This document shows positions 30,091-43,983 of a DNA stretch of 64,000 bases, one piece after another; the first letter of the stretch is position 1, and each line of letters begins with the position of its first letter. This DNA is from Bugula neritina (taxonomy: Eukaryota; Animalia; Bryozoa). The stretch is from NCBI GenBank assembly GCA_964035545.1, contig OZ037767.1:1003680-1067679 (forward strand), written 5' to 3'. Both the position numbers and the translations under genes were made by a program. The notes beneath the pieces were generated by a model that saw nothing but the letters and a program-made list of their open reading frames with translations, did not search any database and had not been told where the DNA came from.

Positions 30091-30848
30091 GATGTGTTCA
30101 AATCACTAGTAGTACACAAACGACAATATTCTGATATTCGTCATCAGTAACCTGTCGACCTTCAGTCAATCATCTCCCACGCACATTAAAATAACAGTTT
30201 AAAAGAAAACACATTTGTGGCTGTTTAAACTACCCACATTTTTAGTATCTAACATTCTACATTTGGTTCTGAAGTTTATTGAAATAGTATAAGAAATCTT
30301 AATTAATCTGGCTGAAGGTGGGGAGAGGGTCATGTAAGAACACAACATAATAGTGTTATAATAGTTCCAAGAACCATATTAATCTTGCTATAGATAGACC
30401 TGTAAGCTTGGCCTGTAGTTCTAGTGACACGTGTGGGAACCCTGAACTCTAGTACTCTAACTAACATAATATCTTGATACCCCCTCTCCATTGTTCCTTA
30501 ACACCTTCAGTTCAAGAATTTACTCAATTTCAGATGTTTATATCTTGCAAAACCCCTAAATTGTAATGTTATGTAGTGCTACAGCTTAAGTTTTCTCTAC
30601 ACAGTACGATAGGTATCATTCGCACCACAATCTGTGAATATCTTAGCAAGGTGACACTGAGGATGTGGCACATATATCAGGATAATGGCTATTGTTTAAG
30701 ATTAGCTATTATTATAATGGCGTATCTGGCAATTACGAATGAGAAGCTCTACTCCAGCTGTCAGTGTATGAAATTATTGTTTTGGTTGATTTCAGTGTGG
30801 CTAGTCATGCTGGAAATAATATTGAGATGTTAGATGTCTGACTGTTGA

Positions 30849-31052
30849 GAATAATAGAACTGTAGAATAATAGAACTGTAGAATCATAGAACTGTAGAAT
30901 CATAGAACTGTAGAATCATAGAACTGTAGAATCATAGAACTGTAGAATCATAGAACTGTAGAATAATAGAACTGTAGAATCATAGAACTGTAGAATCATA
31001 GAACTGTAGAATCATAGAACTGTAGAATAATAGAACTGTAAAATAATAGAAC
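30849..31052. repeat. 16-bp minisatellite AGAATCATAGAACTGT
   Basis: About 12.5 copies. Confidence 0.95.
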
Positions 31053-33354
31053 CATCAGATACTGAGTTAGGAAAATGTAGATTTTTTATATGACTTCAAT
31101 TCAAAAAACCATTCCCTAAGTTTGAAGTGTTCCAGGGGTTAAACTAAGTTCAACTTAGTACAATAATATTAGCAGAACCAGAGTTGTAGTGTGAGTACCT
31201 GTTATGACAGATGTCTGGTAAGACAGCCCAGCTGTCAGAAGGGTGAGTGACACCGGAGAGCAAGTGGTGGCATGTAGTGTCACTGTTTACTGCCAAATAG
31301 AAGCCTCCCTTATGCCAATTTCATAAAATGCCTTAATTTTTACAAAAGAGTTTTGTGCTGGACCTCTACTGAGGTGTGTTCTGTATTGCTGGCTGCTGGT
31401 AGAGAGAGGATAAAGAACAAAAGGGGGAAAAGCAGCAGATAGCTTTGAAATATCCAAATAAGACAAAATAGCTGATAATTTTAAAGAACAAAAAGTAAAT
31501 AAAGCTACAAATATTGTCACATTGGTATGACAAGAAAGCCTTATGGTTTTATTTCTATAAAAATATTAATTTAAAACGCATTAAAGTCTACTAGCTGTTA
31601 CTTATTTTTAATATGAGAGAGTTCTATACAAAATCTAGTAGATAGATTCCGTGTAGTTACTACACACAATACCAAAGCCAGTTGTCTATTAGCTTGCCTC
31701 CAGCCTTCCCTCTTCAGCTAATTTATCAGAGTTTAGGCTAATTGTGGGAAACACAACAAAGACTAGCATCTCCTCAAGATTTCTATCAGTTCTGACACTC
31801 AGTCTCACAGATGTTAGTGCTGTAACAGTTTGTGAAAATAAAATCGTAGTGCTGAGACAATCTCGAGAAATATTTACAAGTATTGGAGAGTTACTGTTAG
31901 CAATATTGAAAGTGCTACATTGTTATATACTATTGTAAAGGCTATAATATTGATAAATATTTCATTTCTCGCAAACAATAAATATTTTTATGCAGCTGGC
32001 AGATTTTTAAACTGACACTTTAAATTTAGATTTTACAAAACTGTATAATTTATGCAATTGACGCAAAACAATACTGGCGTTGATTTGTTTATAACAATAT
32101 TAGTGTATAGCTCAATGCAATAATATAGACTATATAGCATAATATATAGCATAATGTAATGCAATAAAATATGACATTATATAACAATAATAATATATAG
32201 CATACTATAATATTAGTATAGAGCGTATTATAATAGTATTAGTACAACTATATATACTAGTATAATACTATACTAGTATATAACATAATATGTTAGTGTA
32301 TTAATTTCTACTCCTATAAATACTTTAGTCTTTTATAAATTTGCTCTGCTGTATCAAATTATATTTACATAAATCAGTACTTTTAAAAAGTAATTATTCT
32401 ATTTGTTATATTTACTAAAAGATGTTGAATAGAGCCATACAAAACATTCTAATTCTTATTATACTTATAATAGATATATTTTGAAATTCAGTTAAGGTGT
32501 GTATAATTTTACCTTAAGAAGTCTAAACATATAATTATATTATTGAGTAAAATTTGGTTATGTAATCGTTATAGAGCTATAGTTTTAATATTTTTAAAGC
32601 CTTTTATTTTTAGCCTGTAAATTCTATATTTGTATTGAGGTGTAGGAAGGACAGATGTCTGCGTATAATTACCTTCATTAGCTCTCAGCTCTCACATTCT
32701 TAGGGCATTACTCAGTCTGCCACAATCACTGCTTGCATCAAGGTTTACTCTATAGACTAACCATCTTATCCACACCTCATTAGCTGCGTCTGACAAGTTG
32801 GTCCCACCTTGCTGCTTGGTGAAGTCTCAGTCTATTTCCAACAAGCCTTGCCACTCCGTCTATTTTTACTAATAAAGAGCAATCGACTGGAAAGTCAAGC
32901 AGAGTATAAAAGATTTCACTTTGATCTTTGATTGCATTTGATTGGCTCAAATGCACGAGTGGAGTTAAGCTTTTTTCTGTTTTCATTCTGCCTTAGAACT
33001 TGCAGACGACACCAGCTCATGCTACAATAGTTTCATTTCACACTTGGTGCAACCTTGAACTAAGTGTTGCAGCCGACACCTAATCACGGGATTGAAGTTT
33101 TCGCTTTGAACTAAGCATTTCAGGCAATACTGCTTCATGTAGTTCAACTTCTCTTATTAACTTTTTACCACAGAGAGCTACAGAGATGCTGACAATAAAA
33201 TATTACTCTGACAGATGGTGAGAACTTTTCTTCTGCTGCCATATACAAACGCAACATCACGACAATAGCTATTCCCTGACAGCAAACAAAAAGATTTCAA
33301 GTGAAAGACAAAGGAGCAATAGTCAACTAAAAAAGCCTATACAATGGTAACCTA

Positions 33355-36300
33355 ATGTCGTGTATAAAAAGTAGACACAAATTAATAGCATTGTGCTGCT
33401 GCGTCCTAATAATAGCCCTGGTTTCAGCTGCCATGATCATCAACGCTTTCTTCAACTGGTCGAATCAGCCGTCACTGGTTAGTATTAATATATATAATAC
33501 TAAATATTACTAATTAACTAGTATTGGTCTTGTATTACTAGTAATAACATACGAATTACTGTTAGTACTATTAGTTTAGTATCACATTACCAACATCAGT
33601 ATAATAATAACACTATTATTAGTGCTACACCATTTATTATCACTGCTAGTATTAGTTCTATCTAAAACAGTTATGTTTTTTTCATAAATTGTCAGAAAAA
33701 ATATGTTACCTAACTGATGAAGTAAAAATTTAGAGTTTTTGCTAACTACTGGTGTATAGCAGCTGGTTTTGAGCTTGTTTTGTTTTGGTAATTAAAACAG
33801 TATTTTGAATGAACCCATTTTACACCATTTGACTTGCGCCGATCAAAAAAAGTATGCCAAATTGATAGATTGTGATAAAACAGCTTTCATTCATAAGAGT
33901 TGGGGGGATAAATTAAACTGTGTGTGATTATAGATGAACACCATCAGTAGAATTACCAGTTCTAGTAAATGTAACTTCTTACTCTGCAAAAGACATAAAT
34001 TCAAAAATGTCGGGAGATTGTAGAAACTGGTATAACTAATTTATCCTTCAGCCTCACATAATGCATTTATATAACTAGTATCCAGGTAGCTGCTATGTCA
34101 TAATATGATACATATGCTAAATCTTTTATTCAAAGCAGACATATAATTAACAGTAAATACTCTTGAATTAAAGCTTCCTGGTTATATTTGCATGTGGATA
34201 GTGTCATCTGTGTAAATGTAAACTAGGCTTTAAGGTAAATTTTTAAAAGAATCATATTTTGATCTACAGTTTGAGAATTAACTGGCAGCAAGTGGGAACA
34301 TCACAAAGCACTTATATAAATCTGATTAAAATTTAATACCTAGGAAACACCTGTGAAGATAAAATATTAAATCGTATTGAAATCATAACAATACACCTTC
34401 TTTCTGGCCAAAGACAGTGTTAAGCCATTTCTATTTAATGTGAATTTTAATTTATTTTAATATGATTAATAAGCCAATTGCAAATGCAAGCTTGTAGCTG
34501 TCATACAATCAGTTTGCATAAACATGTGTTTCAACAATAACTCTATCTTGAAAGAATAACTCTGGCGGGTAAATGGGAGTAGCAAGATTAAGGAGGTGTG
34601 CAACTCTTTGTAAAATCATAATTTGGCAATGCTGGAATTTTAGAAACCATACAAATTTTGTGAATTTTCATAAAAGTATATCAAATTATAGATTTGCACC
34701 ATAATTGTATTCACTATAAGGTTCAAAGAATCAGAACTGTAAAAATGTTATCATTATTAATTAAATGTCAAAAACTCTTAAAATAACTCTCAGGGTAAAT
34801 GATTAACTTTTATAAAATTATAAATTTAATAATAATTACTGAAATTATCTGTAATATTTATTCATAACTCAAATCAGTTCAAATTTTTGACATACAGGTA
34901 TATGGCACAGTTCCAAAACTTTGATTAAATTCTAACATTCAACTTTCTTTTATATTCCAGATTTTTTGCTATAAAGACACATTATTTGTTGAGTCAGGGT
35001 TCTTCTGCATAGCTAGAAATTAGCTCTAGTTAAAGTAGTTCTTCACAATTCCAAGTGTTTTAAATGCTGGGATAAAATTAAATTTCTCATGATAATCTAT
35101 CTAGAAAGTATTACAAAATATATATAGCCTGTTTTCAATTTCCAAATATTTCACTGGTTGTGGTAATTTTACCTTTTTTATTTGTTCAACCTTGAAAATG
35201 ATTGGACATTTGATGATATTCTTTCAATTGGCATAAAACTGCTATGTTTTACTTTTCTAGAGTTTATTAGCATCAACCGTCTTTCCGCCAACATTGAAGA
35301 CCCAACTCACATTCCAGAAATCCAGCTTAGACCAAAAGTCTGGCCTAGATATGGAGATAAAGATACATGAATTGACTACATTACCTAGGGCCAATGCAGA
35401 ATCAAAACGTCAGTGGTTTGAGTTGCAGAAGTACAATACAGAGGACACTGTTATTGATGTCGGTGTAATAGACATAGACAATGACATCATCAGTGAAGTC
35501 AGCGGCTCTGGCAGCATAGATGATGATGAAAGTGGTGATGATTATATTTCCACAGTATCGGAGAAAGACAACTCCATTGAACTTACAACTCCTTCACAGA
35601 GCAAGTTTACCAACCAGAAGTTGCACGGTGGTGATGCTGCCGAGAAAGTCAGCAGACTGGAACTAAGTGGAGAAAGTACTACTGACTCTCACCATGCAGG
35701 TAATAAAGCATCAAATAAAATAAAATGTTTTCTTAGTTTTAAACATTTTCTTTTTTCCACATTGTGGAGTGTAAGTTTACATGTTTTTTATTTTTGTTGA
35801 TTGAAAATAGCCTGTTGAGTTTTCTCATTATACAATAGAGTGCCAAGGTTCAAATCTAATGACAAAAATTATAATTTATTTTCTTTTTAGAATCCCATGG
35901 CATTGCCAAAAACTTTAGTTACCATATTGGGAATCAGGTCAACCAATCAGCTTCTACCCCTACAGGTAACTAAAGCCCCATTCAGATTGTTATTATGAAT
36001 AAGCATCAAGTTTTATCATGTTTCTGGTTTCTAGTGATGTGAAAAATCAAAGAACTTTAAAGATTAAAAATAAATAAGTGTTCGTTGTGATTAATTATGT
36101 ACTAATTATAGTATTCAAATAAATTTCTTTTGGTACAATTAGTATGAGCAACTAGAAACATAACTGGCAATTGACAACTAGCAACTGAAATCTAGCAATT
36201 TGCAATTACATAACTCTCTGTAGCTCTGATGCAACTTCCTGGTGTTTTTATCAGTTATAAATTTTCAGATAAATGTGAAGCCTGGCTGAACTGTGAGGAT

Positions 36301-37223
36301 CCATTTCTTAAAGATTATTTAAAGAAATTCTCTCAATTGCCAACCTGTCCTTGCACTTACCCTCTGAACAAGGGGGGCAATGTGTACGACCCTTACCACA
36401 AGAAAGCTTTCCAGTGGAAAGACCCTCAGTATACCAACACATACTTGTATGCATATCACAAAGGTTTGTGTATTTGTCTTTCTAAGTTCTATTTGTTTAG
36501 CTATGAAATTGCTTATACATTAAAAATAAAGAAGACAACTCTAAGGTGTTTTGTATAAACCAGGTGCCAAAAGCTGCATCAGATCTGAAATAGCAACGGG
36601 TACCCTGGCAGCCCAGAACTGCTGTTATGACAAGAGCGGAAAACTACTAACTCGAGGTTCTGGAGCGGGCACACCTGTAGTTATCTCCCCTGAAGTGTCT
36701 TCTGCACTGCATCAGCTGGTAGACCAAGTTCCATGGATTCTGTGCAAAGGGGATTGGACGAGGTTAGTGTTGTTATAGCATGACATTGCATAAATCTAAA
36801 AGATGTAATGGCTTTTTCATGTTAGCTTCAGCGCTTATTTTGTTTATTTATATACAGCTATATCAGCTTTTCTGTGCAAGTTAATATATAAGGTGGTAAC
36901 ACTTCTACTGTTTTCATTGTAAATTATTTTATGATCAATACACCTGTTTGAAACACAACAAGTGTCATAGGCTAAAGCTGATTTTATTTCCTCCAGTTAG
37001 ACTATTTAATGTACCCAGCAGTTAAGAAGTAAATACATTGTAAATCAGTTATAATAATTTGAGGTCCTATTAATTAGGACTACAATTCTAAGCTGCCAGT
37101 CACCAAACTCTTCTTTCTTGTAGGTACAATATAGCCCGACCTCCTAACAATGTGCAGGGCTGTACTGAAAACCCCTCACAGCTGGAGTTCCTCTACCAAA
37201 TATGGCTGGCTAAGAATCACTGA
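33355..37223 (+). CDS. Isthmin-like AMOP-domain secreted or type II membrane protein, 6 coding exons
   Basis: Exons 33355-33477 ([29 protein letters not shown], signal anchor), 35261-35699, 35891-35965, 36269-36463, 36564-36762 and 37124-37223. The C-terminal half resembles the isthmin AMOP region: [68 protein letters not shown]. Confidence 0.88.
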
Positions 37224-38364
37224 ATTACTCAGTTGTCATAGCAACACCAATCAATTAGATTTTAATTCATCTTGTAAAGTCAGAGTAAATAAGTAATATT
37301 ATATTTATAATCTATTTTTGTATTTACACTTTATGTATATTTAAATGTATATAAGAGATAAGGGCTATACACATGTTGTGTGTTATACATAAACTTTTTA
37401 TGTACAGTGTAAAACTTTTTATAATTTATTGTTTACAGAATAAAATAAAGTAATTCGTTGCAATTGCAGTGGTTGTGCATGTATCAGTAACACAAACAAA
37501 TCCTGTTATAGGGCTGTTCAGGAAATTTAAAGTTTTTTTATGAACAAACTGGCACAGGTTACAAACTACTTGGTAGCAGTTTGAAGTCCCAAGCCTAGTA
37601 TCTAGTACATATAGTTGAATTATCACAACTATTTACCTGTCTAATAAGATATTTGATTGTTTTTGTGTTTCAATTTGCTAAATAAATAACTAACTATCTA
37701 ATAGCAGTCAAGAAGATATTATAATGCAATTATGTTATCAAATAACAACTGATTTTCTTTCAGTCTACAGGGACTATGAAGATGTGCATTTTACAAACAA
37801 AAGCATTTAATAATAAAATTGCAACTTTTTATCTAGATGGGGAAATTTTCGAAACCAATTAATATATTGGATTAATTATATACATACTGTAGTAATATTG
37901 ATCGAGTGATATTCTAAGTTGTAATCATTTTAGGAGTCATGTTCCCCTAAAAGTTGAAAATGTGCTAGCTATTTTCAAACCCTAAAATATATAATTATAT
38001 TTGTATTCTTTTAAACAAAATACTACCCAATTTTTTTAAGAATTGGCGGAGTAAGCTGCAATAAATTTACAATGAGGGGATCTGTAGGATCTGTAGATCG
38101 AAAATGAGGTAAAGTAATTATTTCAAGATAGTTGAAGCTTTGGAGAAAATGAATTACAGCATATAAGTTTATTAATACTTTTATTTTTATTTAGAATTGG
38201 GGGAAAAGATAAAATAATGTAATACAAAAATAAATATTTTTTCTGGGTTCACAAGTAAACATGAGACAATTATAAAACATTTCAAAATGAAAAAAGTTTC
38301 AATAACACTTGAGAAGATATTATTAATGAAGACATGTTTATATAAGAAGTCAGCAAAACATAGC

Positions 38365-41300
38365 CTAAGTTCTCTGATACAACCACTTGCTGTCGGACAG
38401 CAGAGAGCTCAGTTTAGAGTTGAAAGGTGCGAAGAAAGCGTCCAACATGGTCACCGTTTCAGACAGAAATGGCTTGTGGACATGACCAACCTTGCGTCCA
38501 GGAGAGCGGGTGGTAGCGCTCAGCCCCACAAATTTATTTAGAAGAGCAATTTGAGATTCTGGGCTAGCGTGAAACTCCTCAATCTTTACAAAGTAGATCT
38601 AAAAATAGATTAAGTTGTTTGTTTTATTATTACGACATTTAAAGTTTAATAAATAAATGAATAAAAAGTTCATTGATGAATAATTTTGTTTTAAAGTCAA
38701 ATAAATCAGCTCCCTACTAGTGGAAAGCTTGGTATTTTCAAATTATTGAATTTCTTAGCCCAACAATTTTTTTTATATAAACTAGCCTTGAGGTTCAAAT
38801 TAGCATCAAAAACCCGGCTGCTCCTCAGTTAAACTTCCAGTTGTTGTATCAAAAGGTTTTGTAATGTTGGTAGAAACTAAACTTGAGCCGTGAGTAAGAA
38901 TCAGCCAATCAGAGTGCTAGCTGAACCACAAACCTTAGAGAGAGGAATCTGCTGTGTGATATGCTCCAGGTAAGTGTAGTAACAACTCTCATACAGCGCG
39001 GTGGTCTCAGAAAGAGAGGGGACAACTTCTCCATACACACACAGAGTAGGGCCATTCTCAGTCATACACTGCTTTGCCTCATCAATGGCATCACTCATAG
39101 CGCTATGCATGACGTCACCACCGACAGCACTGAGGTCAGCGCCTTTCTAAATGTGAACAAAATAACGTAGAACGTGATGTAACCATGAAGACAACATAAT
39201 AACATAATAGTTTTGATCTGGAAAAGACAGAATAAATAGAACAAACCTGTATGAAAGGGTAGAAATACTCAGAAATAACTCGGTCTGTGGGGTTCTTCAT
39301 TGTTATGATAAACTTCTGCTCATTTGTCTCTATATACTGGAACATTGCAGTAGGCAAATCCAGAAATAGAGTTCCAAAGTACTGATCGGTCTGATAAATA
39401 AATGCGTTACTCATATTAGGAATTGTGTTCTCTTCTTACAACTGTGCATCCACATATCAAAATATTAACAGAGTTGCTTTCTCTTAGATTACATGAATTA
39501 ATGTTTAAGAGTTATCATCTCTTGTTATCTATCAACACAGAATATTATGTAGACACATTTTGTCATGCAGCACATTTCGGAGTTATCCTCACTAAAGAAT
39601 TGTAATATTTGAATGGTCATTCAAGCAGCTGCAGACGTACTATAAGTTATACTCACAAAGGCTGTGGTGAGGCAATGCTCGCAGTGAGTGTAGAAGTGCC
39701 TTTGCTGCGCCCCACTAGCTATGCTGTCAGCAGAATATGAGTTGGAGTAGAATTGGGTGGTGGAGTCGGCCAACTGGATGTTGGGGCAGTCCTCTGGGAA
39801 TAACAAGAATATAAGGCTAATATAACCTCAGTAACTGTAGCCTAAGTAACTGTAGCTTTAGTAACTGTAGCCTTAGTAACTGTAGCCTTAGTAACTGTAG
39901 CCTAAGTAACTGTATCCTTTGAGTTGGGGACATAAGAGGCATCACTTTATACATATTTTCTATTTTTAAAACTAATAATAAGTCTTTTAATATGGCTTAA
40001 ATAATATCCAATAATGCTAGTTTTTAAGGAATGTTGTTGAAAAATGCATGGGGAGAAAACTAACATAATTACGTCTAGGTTTAGCAGCACACAGAGATGT
40101 CTTCCATGTTTTGTGTAACATAGCAGCAGAACAAACTCACGGAAACAAGAGCCATAAAAGAGTCATGAAACTTTAGACTGAATAAAAGTCCCTTACTATA
40201 TACTGGATTTAGAGTGAAAACCAGATACAAAGTGAGGGAAAACTGAGACTATGAAGCACTGACCAAAATTCAAACCCCCAGAAGAGGTAAGAAACATGTC
40301 TCCTATGACAGTTTGAACGTCGGGATGGAGTTTCAACCAGCGAGAGACGTCATAAGATCCTGTCCTCTTAAAGCCGAGAAGAAAAATCCTGGCCGTGCAT
40401 ACCAGCTGTTCACTGAGTGTATAGACAGAGAGTTTTATACATATAATACTGTATTACACCACTCTATAATACCGTATTACACTACTTTATAATACCATAT
40501 TACACTACTCTATAATACCATATTACAATACTCTATAATACCGTATTACACTACTCTATAATACCGTATTACACTACTCTACAATATCGTATTACACTAC
40601 TCCATAATACCGTATTACACTATTCTATAATACCGTATTACAGTATTAAACTGACCTGCCATCGCGCATGTTACTCACGAGATTAGAGCTGCATGAATCA
40701 GTATTGCATTGTCCAAAGCAGGTGGCGTTAGGAAAAGTGGTGGAGAGAATATCGGGGGAGGAGCACCCACCAAACGGCACCCCTAAACTCACTGGGAACG
40801 GATCACTTGGTATGGACTACAATTCAACACAAACTGTATCACTCTGATTATTATATAAATTATGTTATTATATCATTGTTTTGCATTATTATATTATTAT
40901 TATATTATATCATTATTTTACATTATTATATTATGTTATATTATAAACTAATATCAAATTCAGTCATCAATTGAAAATAATTTGAGGCTCAAAAAACTCA
41001 TAAAAACTAAATAAAAAGAAATTGAGCTCAACTGGCAATTGAAATCTGAAATTTGTTATTTTTAAATACTTGCTAAAAATAGACAGATTCATTTTTACAT
41101 GTTTGCAGGTTGAAATAAACTTACGCAGAACATTGAGAGTAACTAGAGCTCACCCAAGTAGATGCGTCTGCAGCCCTTCTCACACGTCTGCTACCAACGT
41201 CTGCATCTACTGCCACAGCCTCTACGATGCTCTCCTGAGGGTCAACTGGCTGGTTGATGTTAGAGCTCTTGGGGAAATTCCGCGTTGAAAGGAAGATGTT

Positions 41301-41727
41301 GATGAAAATGAGGCAACCAACGAAGGTCAAGGAGAAAAATATGAGACACAAGTCCGAGACACGAGTACGCATCAACGTCCGCTTCAAACCTGACAAGAAT
41401 AGACTGATCTTTCACTGCATGTTCACAACCAATTGAAAAAGTTGTACAACACTTTTGGTGTGATGAAACAACAAAATGCACTAGATATTTAATTAGTACT
41501 GCTTTCTTTCATCACATGCTTACAGTAGACAGAGCTCAAAAGTGCTAATAATATACAGTCACTGGTGTTTGTGTAATAAAAGAAACACTCGATTCATGTT
41601 TTTAGGGAAATGTCTTTGAATGAGCTAATAGTTTCATCAGTGGCTTTTATTAGTGGCTTTAAGTTTCTAAACAAATGTAACATTTTAAATTTATAGAAAA
41701 GGCTGCTATGAAAATCTACTCACCCAT
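38365..41727 (-). CDS. Golgi type II carbohydrate sulfotransferase-like protein (CHST15/GalNAc4S-6ST-like), divergent, 8 coding exons
   Basis: Exons 41727-41724, 41389-41154, 40816-40656, 40412-40264, 39793-39657, 39390-39247, 39146-38934 and 38598-38365 are phase-consistent. It has an N-terminal TM (LCLIFFSLTFVGCLIFINIFL), a 5'-PSB-like FLLGFKRTGSYD..WLKLHPDV, a 3'-PB-like KFIITMKNPTDRVISEY, and a C-terminal LDAFFAPFNSKLSSLL. Confidence 0.8.
39830..39918. repeat. 15-bp minisatellite AGTAACTGTAGCCTT
   Basis: About 6 copies near the acceptor of sulfotransferase exon 5. Confidence 0.9.
40450..40645. repeat. 23-bp minisatellite ACCGTATTACACTACTCTATAAT filling a sulfotransferase intron
   Basis: About 8 copies. 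Confidence 0.93.
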
Positions 41728-42504
41728 GTTGAAGCTGTCGAAGATAAAGAAATCTGCTAATTGACGAAAGATGCGCCATGTATGAGGTAACTAGTGTAAG
41801 GTGATACAGGTAACCCTACTCAAGTAGTGGATTAGGAATATCAAAATATTTACTCAATGCGCACATGGACAGGAGAACTGCTAACACTGAGCAGTGTATT
41901 TGTTGGGAGGGGGGGGGTTGAAACCAAGTGCTATGATCACTGGCTTCCGTAGAAGAGAAAACAGGAAGTGAGATATAGCAGCACGGACAGAGCAGCAGCG
42001 AATGCAGAAGGCTGGAGATAGCAAGCTGGAAGTGGTATTACGTAAATGCTATAATTAAACTTGGCAATGTATTATGTGAAGAGCAAAGTAAATAAAGTCT
42101 TGAGTGGACATCTTCGGTTACTGTCCCACGCCCTGTTTTCATATATGACCTTCACATTATATCAAATTATGGCAATCAAGTTATTTTTCAAAGATATGCC
42201 GTGGTACTCAAGCTTTATTTGCAACAAACTATGAAAATACATAAAATATTTGCAAGCTTTTCAATTGGGCAGTAGGTATTAAAATTAGTTCCATTATCCT
42301 ATATATCAATAACTACGCTGTTACATAATTATTTTCAGAGGAAATTTTATTTGTTGCACATTAAAATAAATTTTTGGGATCAACTGTTCAAGTAAACATA
42401 TTGATGAATTATTGAACAGGTTTTACTAAATAGCTATAAGTTAACCCAACAACCAATTTATCTAAATACACTGACACGCATCACTATCTCATCTATAGAA
42501 AGGT

Positions 42505-43502
42505 TTATTCTTTCACCACCAGTTCATCCCAACCAGAGAGTTGGCAAAGTTTCCGTTCAAGAGAGAGATTGCACAGTTCCGTAATGACTAGCTAAAAATA
42601 GAATTTGTTCTATTAATGGAGTAAAAAGATTCCAACTCAGAGTTTAAACACTCTATTTTTAAACAGTCAAGGTTTCAACTTATTATAAAAAATGCTGAAC
42701 ATAATATTGTTTTCTTTTCAAAGATCTAATTCAACCTGCAAATATATGAGTTTTTGAGGTGATATGAAGATAGAAATATAGATACGCAAATAACTTAAAT
42801 ACTATGTATAAAAAAATGTACATTATCTTGTATAAAAATGTGTAAGCTATGTATAAACACAGGAAATGGATGTTTACCTCAGCTGTGGTGTAAATAATAT
42901 CATCTTCTACTAGGTGACCACCTATCACCTGTCCTTTACTGTCACTTAGTGAAATATGCAAATGAGCATGAGATGATGCAATAACTCCAACTAGACTCAC
43001 GATTTCAAAAGGTCCTTCACATATTTTTATCTGTAAGCATGAAAAGCCAGGGATAAACTTGTAAGAAAAATTAGTTGAACTAATTATGAATTGCTGAGAA
43101 ATATAGCAACTTTGTAGAGTATGGCTTTAAAATTTGAATAACAGAAGTTTAGTTTCTATTAATCATGAAGTGCACCCGTGCAGATGATTAAAACTAAACA
43201 TTCAAGACAAAAGAGTTTTCATACATATTTCAGATTAAGCATTATTGCCAGGGCGCTTGCCTTACTGTTTGACTATCGGCCATTCTGAGTGTAGCCCGAG
43301 TTAAACTGCCAACGCAAGTAGAAATAGATGCGGATGAGATTTTATGGACATCACAGAACTCGAGGAGGGACTGTTTTAAAGCCATTCCTGGTAACAGTCT
43401 GAGAACGAATGATTTAGTTAGTGAAGTTTCACCCCAAGGGCAATCCTCCAATGTGGGAGTTGGCTTACATACAGCTGGACCTTTTCTAGAGCACGTGGAC
43501 AT
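42505..43502 (-). CDS. PPC / DUF296 domain protein, 3 coding exons
   Basis: Exons 43502-43266, 43030-42878 and 42591-42505, all phase 0. Motifs: FVLRLLPG, TCVGSL..ATLRMA, FEIVSLVG, HAHLHISLSDSKGQVIGGHL, IYTTAE, GWDELVV. Confidence 0.9.
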
Positions 43503-43983
43503 CTGGTAACATAAGGAGTATCCAGTTAGCCATCTGATTAGTTAATATATAGTATTATGTTATTATAGCATATAATCAACTCTTTTCACCAGATATTATT
43601 GCTGGTTCTGATAACTTCTAATAAAATATCTTGGTTTACATTGATAAGACAAATCCAAAGCTTTTCAACATTACTTTATTCATTAACAGAGATACAATGT
43701 ATGGCAGAGTTAAAACTAGTAAAAATGAATTAACTGGAATAACCAGCAATTATAATTTTGATTCAACATTTAAATACAATATTTACATTAAATTACAACC
43801 AGTGTATGTATTACATCACCAATGTATGGATATAAAATACTGAAATTATTAAAAAACATGTTATATTTACAATGATAACATATTATGAGCAATATTGGGT
43901 AAATATATTAACTTAATCCAAACCCACAGGTGTAGAAGACAGAATAAGCATACAAAGAATGTCAAGGTCAAAGGAAAAGTACG

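Noticed and set aside
36540-36563. Intron end encodes LYKPG, resembling the isthmin IYKP motif (alternative acceptor or duplication relic)
   Set aside because: The upstream exon already supplies LYAYHKGA at the expected spacing from WKD to CIRS, and the similarity is too short to exclude chance.
42505-43502. Recent horizontal transfer or contamination of a bacterial-type PPC gene
   Set aside because: It has two canonical spliceosomal introns and host-like composition, and is embedded among animal genes.
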